Source: an uncultured Chloroflexia bacterium
Lineage (GTDB): Bacteria; Chloroflexota; Ktedonobacteria; Ktedonobacterales; JADMIN01
Reading direction: 5' to 3'
DNA: 32,000 nucleotides
Assembly: GCA_963718915.1 (NCBI GenBank)
Contig: CAVRAI010000015.1
Coordinates: 360,001-392,000, forward strand
Shown here: positions 24,846-32,000 of the stretch, piece by piece
Numbering within the stretch: the stretch's first letter is position 1
Layout: each line of letters opens with the position of its first letter
Notes under the pieces: generated by a model
The model's input: the letters and a program-made list of their open reading frames with translations, nothing else
Told to the model about the DNA's origin: nothing
Databases searched by the model: none
Program-made: the position numbers and the translations under genes

Positions 24846-26108
24846 ATGCACCACTCCGGCGTAAAGAAACTTGTGACGCGCGGCATCTTCGTCGCGGTCG
24901 CGCTCTCGTCGTTGGGCCTGGCGGCCTGCGGCAGCAGCGGCGGCAGCAGCGGCAACAAAGCCCTCAAGATCGGCACAGAATTCCCGGTCTCGGGCACCGA
25001 TGCCGCGGTAACTCTGCCTGCACAGTATGGCGTTGATCTGGCAGTACAGCAGAACAAAGACCTCGGCAGCGGCTACACCCTCGACGTTGTCCACAAGAAC
25101 GACGAAGGCACCAGCGGCGCTGATCCGTCGATTGGCGCGGCCAACATCCAGCAGTTGATTGCTGACTCCTCGGTCATGGCGGCGGTCGGCCCATTCAACA
25201 GCGGCGTCGCCAAGCAGGAAATCCCGATTGTCAACCAGAATACTTTCACGCTTATTAGCCCGACCAACACGAACCCTGGCCTGACCAAGCAGGAGTTCGC
25301 CCAGGCCAACGGCATCAACTTTGATCTGCTGCACCCGGCGGGCAAGCCCGCGTCCTACTTCCGCATCTGCGGCACCGATGACATCCAGGGCAAAGTGGAC
25401 GCCGACATCGCGCTCGCCGCGCCAGTCAGCGCAACCAGCGCCTACGTTGTCGATGACAACACCACGTATGGCAAGGGCCTGGCGAATGTCTTCACGACCG
25501 AGTTCACCAGCAAGGGTGGCACGATCGTAGGCAACACGTCGATCACTCCAGACCAGGTGAGTAACCTCCCGCAGCTGGCGACGACCATCGTCGGCAAGAA
25601 TCCCACGGTCGTCTTCTACGGCGGCGTCACCTCTGGTGGCGGCGGCGCGCTGAAGAAGGATCTGGTGGAGAAGGGCGGCAACATGCCCATGGTCGGTGGC
25701 GATGGCATCGCCGATGACCCCGCCTGGATCACCACTGCGGGCGCGGCAGCGGTCAACACCTACGGCACAGTCGCGGCCCCCGACATCTCGGGCCTGACCT
25801 CGGCGACGGCGCAGGCGTTCATCACGGCCTACAAGGCGGCGTTCCCCGGCAAGGACCTCTTGCCGTACAGCGCGGCGTCCTATGACGCGGCGATGATCGA
25901 GATCACCGCGATCAAGAGTCTGATCAAGGCGGGCAAAGACGTGACGCGCGCCAATGTCCGTGATGAGGTTGCTGGCATCTCCTATGATGGTGTCACCGGC
26001 CACATCTCCTTCGACGCCAACGGCGACAACTCCGGGCAGAAGGTCTTCAGCGTTTACGGTGTGGGCGCCGATGGCAAGTGGGCCTTCACGAAGCTGGTCA
26101 ACGCCTAA
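24846..26108 (+). CDS. Branched-chain amino-acid-type ABC transporter substrate-binding lipoprotein (Peripla_BP_6 / LivJ-K-like)
   Basis: 420 aa. The signal peptide has an LAAC lipobox followed by a GSSGGSSG linker. It heads the livHMGF-type operon and has typical family motifs (VGPFNSGVA, YGKGLA). Confidence 0.9.
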   Translation: MHHSGVKKLVTRGIFVAVALSSLGLAACGSSGGSSGNKALKIGTEFPVSGTDAAVTLPAQYGVDLAVQQNKDLGSGYTLDVVHKNDEGTSGADPSIGAANIQQLIADSSVMAAVGPFNSGVAKQEIPIVNQNTFTLISPTNTNPGLTKQEFAQANGINFDLLHPAGKPASYFRICGTDDIQGKVDADIALAAPVSATSAYVVDDNTTYGKGLANVFTTEFTSKGGTIVGNTSITPDQVSNLPQLATTIVGKNPTVVFYGGVTSGGGGALKKDLVEKGGNMPMVGGDGIADDPAWITTAGAAAVNTYGTVAAPDISGLTSATAQAFITAYKAAFPGKDLLPYSAASYDAAMIEITAIKSLIKAGKDVTRANVRDEVAGISYDGVTGHISFDANGDNSGQKVFSVYGVGADGKWAFTKLVNA

Positions 26109-26143
26109 ACCTTCCGGCGGTTGCAAGTTGCGAAGTTAACACG

Positions 26144-26175
26144 ACGGAGCAGGCTTCATTTGAGGCCTGCTCCGT
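26144..26175 (+). promoter_or_regulatory. Intercistronic hairpin between the binding-protein and permease genes
   Basis: An 11-bp perfect stem, ACGGAGCAGGC (26144-26154) pairing with GCCTGCTCCGT (26165-26175), has a 10-nt loop and no U-tract. It is followed by TGCTATACT (26176-26183), which resembles an extended -10 element. Hairpins in this position commonly set binding-protein:permease stoichiometry; that role here is inference. Confidence 0.4.
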
Positions 26176-26235
26176 GCTATACTCGCCATACATTCGCCAT
26201 TGCTAGATCGTGGTGTCCCCGGAAGGAGGCAGGTC

Positions 26236-27186
26236 ATGCACATGCTGACGTTGGCCGATACTGCTGGTTTCAGTATCTTCTTTCAGCAGATTGAGAACGG
26301 CGTTACCCTCGGAGCCATGTATGCGCTCGTGGCGCTCGGATATACCCTGGTATACGGCATCATCGAGCTGATCAACTTCGCACACGGCGACGTCTTTATG
26401 TGGAGCACACTGGTAACGCTGGTGGTTGTTCAGGCGTTGGGCATCACCGGCGCACTGACCGGGCTGGCGTTGATAGGGGTATTAGCGCTCCTCATCGTGA
26501 TCGGCGTTGCAGTCTCCGCTGGATTGAATGTGGGTATCGAGCGCCTCGCCTATAAGCCACTGAGGCGCGCGCCGCGTCTGGCGCCACTCATTGCCGCGAT
26601 TGGCGCATCGTTCATTCTGGAAAACGCCGCCCAGCTCTGGCGCGGCAGTTCGTTCGTCGCCTTCCCCGCGATCTTTCCCCCAGGAAAAATCACCATAGGC
26701 TCGGTCAACATCAACTACCTGGATATCTTCATTGTGGTGCTGGCGGTTGGGCTGATGATTGGTCTGGATCGCGTTATCCGTCTGACACGCCTCGGCAGGG
26801 CAATGCGCGCCACAGCGCAGGATCCGGAGGCAGCCTCCCTGATGGGCGTGAATATCGATCGCACCATCGTCTACACCTTCTTGATCGGCGGAGCACTGGC
26901 AGGCGCGACCGGCGTGCTATATAACCTGTATATCGGCCAGGTCTGGTTCCTGACAGGCTTTCAACTTGGCCTGATTGCCTTCACCGCGGCAGTGCTCGGC
27001 GGTATTGGCAACGTCAACGGCGCAGTGCTCGGTGGCTTTCTGATTGGGATCATCAACTCCCTCGCTATCCAATACATTCCGTCGGGCTTCCAGTGGAGCA
27101 ATGCGATTGTCTTTGCCATCCTCGTTCTGATTCTGGTCTTCCGGCCTTCTGGATTACTGGGTCAGCGAGTCCCGGACAAAGTATAG
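26236..27186 (+). CDS. livH: Branched-chain amino-acid ABC transporter permease (LivH type)
   Basis: The ATG at 26236 follows GGAAGGAGG. The N-terminus FFQQIENGVTLGAMYALVALGYTLVYG is characteristic of LivH. Confidence 0.9.
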   Translation: MHMLTLADTAGFSIFFQQIENGVTLGAMYALVALGYTLVYGIIELINFAHGDVFMWSTLVTLVVVQALGITGALTGLALIGVLALLIVIGVAVSAGLNVGIERLAYKPLRRAPRLAPLIAAIGASFILENAAQLWRGSSFVAFPAIFPPGKITIGSVNINYLDIFIVVLAVGLMIGLDRVIRLTRLGRAMRATAQDPEAASLMGVNIDRTIVYTFLIGGALAGATGVLYNLYIGQVWFLTGFQLGLIAFTAAVLGGIGNVNGAVLGGFLIGIINSLAIQYIPSGFQWSNAIVFAILVLILVFRPSGLLGQRVPDKV

Positions 27187-27198
27187 GAGGCTGCGCGC

Positions 27199-28494
27199 AT
27201 GTCTCTTCCGACTTCAGGGCAGCGCCAGTCATGGCGCGCGACTGCGCAAACGCAGATCAACTCGACACTGGATAACACGAAGATTGGCCAGAAACCCCTG
27301 CGCTGGTATCTCAGCGGCTGGCGAATGGGCATCTTCTGGCTGGTGATAGCGGCGCTTGTGCCGTGGGTTCTGGATACCAGCCTCCAGGTGACCGCGATCA
27401 CGGTTTCCATCTATGTCATGCTGGCGCTCGGCCTCAACATTGTTGTGGGTTACGCGGGCCTGCTCGACCTCGGTTACGTCGCCTTCTATGTGATTGGCGC
27501 CTACACCATGGCTGCTGGCTCATTTGGCTTCATCCAGTTAGCCAACGGCGACACAAAAGCGGTGCCATCCTTCCCCTTCTGGGTATTGCTGCCAGCGGGC
27601 GCGCTTCTGGCCGGCTTATTTGGGGTGCTCCTGGGCGCGCCGACGTTGCGTTTGCGTGGCGACTATCTGGCTATCGTCACGCTCGGCTTCGGCGAGATCG
27701 TGCCAATTGTCTTCAACAATGTGCCGTACTTCTATGGCCCAGTTGGCATCAGCGCACTGCCGCCGGGTAATATTGGGCCCATCTCGTTTAGTGATCCATC
27801 GTTCCCCGCGCCGTTCTACTATCTGGCGCTCGGAATTGTCGTGCTCATCGTTCTGGCGGTGCTCTCGCTACGTGGCTCGAGCCTGGGTCGCGCATGGGTC
27901 GCAATCCGCGAAGATGAGACGGCGGCGGCCTCTTCTGGCATCAATCTGGTTCGCACCAAGCTGCTGGCCTTCGGTCTCGGCGCAACGGTGGGCGGCATCG
28001 GCGGCGTGATGAACGCGGCGTTTACGACATCCATCACCCCGAAGGACTTCAGTTTCAACATCTCCATCACCATCCTTATTATGGTGGTGCTGGGCGGGTT
28101 GGGCAGCGTCCCCGGCGTGATTCTCGGCGCGATTCTGCTGCGCTTCTTCGATGTCTATCTGCTCGGCCAGCTCAACGATGCGGTTCATAACAGCATCCTG
28201 GTCGCGGGCAACAACGCGCCGCTCCACTTCCTGACGGGCGTCGACTTTAACACCTCGAAGTACCTCATCTACGGTCTGATTCTGGTGGCGATGATTCTCC
28301 TGAGGCCACAGGGATTGATTCCCGACAAACGCCGCACGCGTGAACTGCATGGCGTAGGCGCCGCTCCCGAATCGCTCTCCGCAGTGGGCATTGTGGCGGA
28401 GGAAGAGGCTGGAGTAGCTGTTGGCGGCGAGGGTTCTGAAGATGAGACCGCTTTTACCGGCGCTGGCTCTGATGCGCAGGGACGGGAGGACTGA
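27199..28494 (+). CDS. livM: Branched-chain amino-acid ABC transporter permease (LivM type) with an acidic C-terminal tail
   Basis: AGGAGG ribosome-binding site. It has LNIVVGYAGLLDLGYVAFYVIGAY and the LRLRGDYLAIVTLGFGEI motifs of LivM. Confidence 0.9.
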   Translation: MSLPTSGQRQSWRATAQTQINSTLDNTKIGQKPLRWYLSGWRMGIFWLVIAALVPWVLDTSLQVTAITVSIYVMLALGLNIVVGYAGLLDLGYVAFYVIGAYTMAAGSFGFIQLANGDTKAVPSFPFWVLLPAGALLAGLFGVLLGAPTLRLRGDYLAIVTLGFGEIVPIVFNNVPYFYGPVGISALPPGNIGPISFSDPSFPAPFYYLALGIVVLIVLAVLSLRGSSLGRAWVAIREDETAAASSGINLVRTKLLAFGLGATVGGIGGVMNAAFTTSITPKDFSFNISITILIMVVLGGLGSVPGVILGAILLRFFDVYLLGQLNDAVHNSILVAGNNAPLHFLTGVDFNTSKYLIYGLILVAMILLRPQGLIPDKRRTRELHGVGAAPESLSAVGIVAEEEAGVAVGGEGSEDETAFTGAGSDAQGRED

Positions 28495-28497
28495 CCC

Positions 28498-29325
28498 ATG
28501 GCACAGGAAATGCCCGTTCATACGGGGCAACCAGCAACTTCAGGGAATGCATTGCTGTCGATACAGGGCCTGATGATTCGCTTCGGCGGCCTGACAGCCG
28601 TGGACGGTGTGGATATTGACGTGATGCCGGGCCAGATCTATAGCATCATTGGGCCGAACGGTGCTGGAAAGACCACCGTCTTCAACGCCATCACGGGTAT
28701 CTACAAGCCAACGGCGGGCCGGATTCTCCTCGATGGACAGAGCATTGCCGGGCTAACACCAGATAGGGTGTTGAGTCGTGGCATCGCCCGCACCTTCCAG
28801 AACATTCGCCTCTTCAACAACATGTCTGTGCTGGAGAATGTGCTGGTTGGTCAGCATGTCAGGTTTCCGCATGATCTCGCCTCGCTCACGTTCAAGCTCC
28901 CCAACTATCGCCGGGCCGAGCACCGGGCGAACGAGCGGGTAACTGAGTTGCTGGGCTTCTTCGGGCCAGCGCTGGTCGCGCGCCAGAATGAGCTCGCCTC
29001 CAGCCTCTCATACGCCGAGCGTCGACGAGTCGAGATTTCGCGCGCGCTGGGTTCCTCGCCCAGGATGCTGCTGCTGGACGAGCCAACCGCGGGTATGAAC
29101 GACGCGGAGACCGCCGAGGCAATTCGCTATATCCAGCGTCTGCGTTCCGAGTTTGGGCTGACCATTCTACTGATCGAACACAAACTTCAGGTGACGATGG
29201 GCATCTCGGATCGCATCGCTGTGCTGGACTATGGCAAGAAGATTGCCGAGGGGACACCCGCGGAAGTGCAGCAGAATGAGCGCGTGATCGAGGCGTATCT
29301 GGGGCGAAAGGCGAAGGTGGAGTAG
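28498..29325 (+). CDS. livG: ABC transporter ATP-binding protein (LivG type)
   Basis: It has FGGLTAVDGVDIDV, GPNGAGKTTVFN, LSYAERRRVEISRAL, LLLDEPTAGMN and the C-terminus VIEAYLG. Confidence 0.9.
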   Translation: MAQEMPVHTGQPATSGNALLSIQGLMIRFGGLTAVDGVDIDVMPGQIYSIIGPNGAGKTTVFNAITGIYKPTAGRILLDGQSIAGLTPDRVLSRGIARTFQNIRLFNNMSVLENVLVGQHVRFPHDLASLTFKLPNYRRAEHRANERVTELLGFFGPALVARQNELASSLSYAERRRVEISRALGSSPRMLLLDEPTAGMNDAETAEAIRYIQRLRSEFGLTILLIEHKLQVTMGISDRIAVLDYGKKIAEGTPAEVQQNERVIEAYLGRKAKVE

Positions 29326-29327
29326 CT

Positions 29328-30032
29328 ATGTTGGAATTGCACGGCGTTGACACCTTTTACGGCCCAAGCCAGATATTGAACGACGTCACGTTACAGGTCA
29401 ACCAGGGAGAGATTGTCTGTCTGCTGGGAGCGAACGCCGCCGGTAAGACCACGACGATGAAGACGATCTTCGGCATCGTTCGTCCACGACGTGGCGTTGT
29501 CACCTTCGAGGGTCAGCAGATCAGCGGGACCTCGACCGACAGCATCATTGGCAAGGGGCTGGCGCTCGTGCCGGAGGGACGCCGTGTCTTCTCGCGGATG
29601 TCTGTCCACGAGAACCTGGAGATGGGCGCCTATATGCGCAATAACCGGGCGGAACTCCAGAGCGACATCGAACGTGTCTATACGCTCTTTCCCCGGCTGA
29701 AAGAGCGTGACAAACAGCTGAGCGGCACAATGTCTGGGGGCGAGCAGCAGATGCTCGCGATTGGGCGCGCGCTGATGTCACGTCCGCGTCTGATGTGTAT
29801 GGACGAGCCTTCGATGGGCCTCTCGCCGATTCTGGTGCAGACTGTCTTCGACACGATCCAGGAGATTCGCAAGACCGGCGTGACCATCTTCGTCGTCGAA
29901 CAGAACGCCTCCATGGCGCTCGACGTCGCCGACCGTGGCTACGTGCTGCAACAGGGGCGTATCGTCTTGAGCGATACCTCCAAGAACCTTGCTGATAATG
30001 ATCTGGTGCGTCGCGCCTATCTTGGTGGCTAG
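29328..30032 (+). CDS. livF: ABC transporter ATP-binding protein (LivF type)
   Basis: It has GANAAGKTTTMKTIFG, LSGGEQQMLAIGRAL, MCMDEPSMGLSP and the C-terminus VRRAYLGG. Confidence 0.9.
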   Translation: MLELHGVDTFYGPSQILNDVTLQVNQGEIVCLLGANAAGKTTTMKTIFGIVRPRRGVVTFEGQQISGTSTDSIIGKGLALVPEGRRVFSRMSVHENLEMGAYMRNNRAELQSDIERVYTLFPRLKERDKQLSGTMSGGEQQMLAIGRALMSRPRLMCMDEPSMGLSPILVQTVFDTIQEIRKTGVTIFVVEQNASMALDVADRGYVLQQGRIVLSDTSKNLADNDLVRRAYLGG

Positions 30033-30044
30033 AGGGCCAGGCGC

Positions 30045-30710
30045 ATGCGGATCGTGTTTCTGGGCGACAGCTTGACGGAGGGCGTGGATGGCGCATCATA
30101 TCTGCGCGCGTTGGGCGCATTGGTCGCCAGCGATCCACCGCCCGGTGGCGTCGCGCTAATCAACGCGGGTCGGGGGGGCGATACCGTGCTCCATCTGACC
30201 CGCCGCGCGGCGCACGATGTCGCTCCCCACGCGCCCGACTGGGTGGTGATTTTCGTCGGCGTCAACGACTGCCGGACATGGTATGTGCGGCGGTCATTTC
30301 CCACGCGCGCGAATCTTGGTTCAGGGTATTACTTTCTCCGGCGCAAAGGCATCTGGCGCGCTGTCACTCCCCGGCGCTACGGCGATGGGCTGCGGACGCT
30401 GATCGACATGCTGCGGTCGCTGACCTCCGCCCGCATTGCGGTATGCACCCCCGCGACGGCCAGCGAAGCGCTTGATGCGCGCGCCGAGCGCATGCTGGAT
30501 TGCTATGCGGCGCAGGCTCGGAAGGTGGCGGACGAGCGCGACTGCGCGTTGATTGACGTGCGCGCCGCGTTTCAGGCGGCTGCGGCGGCTCGAGTGCGCG
30601 CTGATTCACCACCCACAGGCTACCAGCTCACCTGTGACGGAGTGCATCTCAGCGACGCGGGCGCTGACCTGGTGGCAGGCATTTTCCGCGACTGGCTGCT
30701 CACACTTTGA
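30045..30710 (+). CDS. SGNH/GDSL hydrolase family protein
   Basis: The N-terminus MRIVFLGDSLTEG is block I. GVND is block III. The C-terminus DGVHLSDAG is block V (DxxH). Confidence 0.85.
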   Translation: MRIVFLGDSLTEGVDGASYLRALGALVASDPPPGGVALINAGRGGDTVLHLTRRAAHDVAPHAPDWVVIFVGVNDCRTWYVRRSFPTRANLGSGYYFLRRKGIWRAVTPRRYGDGLRTLIDMLRSLTSARIAVCTPATASEALDARAERMLDCYAAQARKVADERDCALIDVRAAFQAAAAARVRADSPPTGYQLTCDGVHLSDAGADLVAGIFRDWLLTL

Positions 30711-31401
30711 TGCAGGTGTATGCCGAGTGAACCCGCGAAGCGCCGTGATTGACGCTTTGGATCGCGAATCCCGCATGCTCGATCATGGGTTCGAGCAGCC
30801 AGCTAAACGTGCTGTACTCCTCGCGGAGATGCGTTTCCAGTTCGGCGCGCGTCCAGCCCTGCTCGGAACGTTCGGGCGCACTGGCCAGCCACGTCTCGAT
30901 GACACGCTCGGCCTCGTGTGGCTCGAAGGAGAAGACGAGATCGCGGAGGTAGAGTATGCCGCCGGTTGTCAGCATGGCCGCGATGCGCGCGAGGGCAATC
31001 GCCTTCCAGAAGTCGGGAAGGTGATGCAGCGCGTGTCGAGAGTAGACGAAGTCGGCGGGCGCGCCCTGGTGTTCATACGAAAGGAAGCCGCGCTGCACGC
31101 ACTCGATGTTCTTAACCCCTGATTCCGCGGCTTTCAGGCGCAACTGCGCCAGCATCACGGGCGATACGTCCACCGCGATGACACGGCGACAGAGCGAAGC
31201 GGCAGCCAGCGCGAATGCGCCGGTTCCAGCGCCGAGGTCAACAAGCGTGTGCGTCTCGTTCAGGCCGAGATCGCGTAGCACGGCCAGGTCGTCGGCGGGA
31301 TTCGTTCCCGCCTTGCGGTCGTACTCTGGCGCATAGCCGGGATCGAGATGCTCGCTGCCCGCATGGGCGAGCTCATCAAGAAACCAGGAAGGTGTAGACA
31401 T
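30700..31401 (-). CDS. Class I SAM-dependent methyltransferase
   Basis: Motif I is LVDLGAGTGAFALAAA. The start is uncertain. The ATG at 31401 (MSTPSWFLDELAHAGSEHLD...) fits the family N-terminus as I remember it. The ATG at 31479 lies 2 nt after the upstream stop, so translational coupling is possible. Confidence 0.8.
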   Translation of the reverse strand: MSTPSWFLDELAHAGSEHLDPGYAPEYDRKAGTNPADDLAVLRDLGLNETHTLVDLGAGTGAFALAAASLCRRVIAVDVSPVMLAQLRLKAAESGVKNIECVQRGFLSYEHQGAPADFVYSRHALHHLPDFWKAIALARIAAMLTTGGILYLRDLVFSFEPHEAERVIETWLASAPERSEQGWTRAELETHLREEYSTFSWLLEPMIEHAGFAIQSVNHGASRVHSAYTCIKV

Positions 31402-31481
31402 CTCCGGAAACCATACCTCCTTGCATGTGAATTGCTGAATCCCCATCACCACCTGCGCATGAAGATGGGATACACCCATCC

Positions 31482-31817
31482 CTATGACGTTCCCGATGCG
31501 TCCGGCTCTTCTACAGGCTCCTCGGCAGTATCTTCGGAGGTTTCGCCAGCAACAAATTGTACATCTGGCTCAGAGAGCGCATTGACCCAGCAGCGAATAG
31601 CAAAGAATGGGCTGAACTGGTCTGGATTCTCGCTGAATGTCTGGATAGCCAGTTGGAAATCCGGGTTGAAAAGAGCCAGCGATAGCCCCGGAAATGTCTG
31701 GACCGTTGTCGCGTTATCCTCAAGGTAATGTCCCCAGGATTTTCCACAGCGGCAGAAGCGCTTTTCGGGAAAGAGCCGTACAATGTCGCCACAACGGGCG
31801 CAGTAGAGCAGCTTCAC
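31482..31817 (-). CDS. Small Cys4 zinc-ribbon-like protein with an acidic tail; unknown function
   Basis: The GTG at 31817 lies 5 nt after GGGAGG and gives (M)KLLYCARCGDIVRLFPEKRFCRCGKSWGHY... with CxxC...CxC spacing. The C-terminus is rich in E, D and T. No family recognised. Confidence 0.5.
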   Translation of the reverse strand: MKLLYCARCGDIVRLFPEKRFCRCGKSWGHYLEDNATTVQTFPGLSLALFNPDFQLAIQTFSENPDQFSPFFAIRCWVNALSEPDVQFVAGETSEDTAEEPVEEPDASGTS

Positions 31818-31843
31818 ATGTGCCTCCCGGATTCTGTGTGAGG

Positions 31844-32000
31844 TCACTCTTCTTTCAGGAATGCCAGCACGGCCTGTGCCGCCTTCTCGCCGCTGGTGAT
31901 CGCGCCGTGGATGCTGCTCGACTCGGTGTATTCGCCCGCGAGAAACAGCCCTTTCGTCGGCAGGCTATTCTGTGGCAGCGTTGCGAAGATGCCCGGCGTC
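31844..32000 (-). CDS. C-terminus of an FAD-dependent amine-oxidase/desaturase-family oxidoreductase (5' part outside the window)
   Basis: Absent from the ORF track. My own minus-strand translation gives TPGIFATLPQNSLPTKGLFLAGEYTESSSIHGAITSGEKAAQAVLAFLKEE*. LFLAGEYT....HGAI.SGE.AA is the conserved C-terminal FAD-binding motif of this family. Confidence 0.6.
   Translation of the reverse strand, partial: TPGIFATLPQNSLPTKGLFLAGEYTESSSIHGAITSGEKAAQAVLAFLKEE

Noticed and set aside
24765-26126. 453-aa minus-strand ORF
   Set aside because: It is antisense to the substrate-binding lipoprotein gene, which has a lipobox and clear family motifs. The shadow ORF is rich in Arg, Asp, Gly and Ala and has no motif.

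Overview
High-GC bacterial chromosomal window with GGAGG-type ribosome-binding sites and lipobox lipoproteins. I cannot assign a taxon from sequence alone. Most of it is ordinary housekeeping or accessory content. This includes an MsbA-type ABC exporter, an ABC-F ATPase, an MFS transporter, a GNAT acetyltransferase, and AraC and MarR regulators. It also includes an SCP2 protein, an alpha/beta hydrolase, DinB, a P-loop kinase-like protein, MarC, a class I/II aminotransferase, and a complete five-gene LIV-type amino-acid ABC uptake operon followed by an SGNH hydrolase. A SAM methyltransferase and two edge-truncated genes complete the set: an AAA_16 regulator at the left edge and an FAD amine-oxidase-type C-terminus at the right. 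One IS5-family transposase is present but is split over three reading frames. The most unusual locus is 635-6541. An orphan, membrane-anchored VirD4/TraG-type P-loop ATPase has a ~470-aa N-terminal half I could not assign. It is preceded by a small ORF carrying a perfect (THGG)5 repeat. It is transcribed divergently from a MerR-HTH/GAF/degenerate-GGDEF (YGDRF) protein, across a visibly AT-rich spacer that holds two near-consensus promoters and a 19-bp palindrome. No other conjugation or T4SS genes are in the window. Other points worth a second look: a tandem structured repeat with compensatory stem changes and mutually exclusive hairpins (6558-6839); an NmrA/SDR-like gene split by a 62-bp insertion bounded by 28-nt direct repeats, which creates a TAATG stop-start overlap; and several long gaps without convincing ORFs. 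All functional calls rest on motif recognition by eye. No database search was possible.
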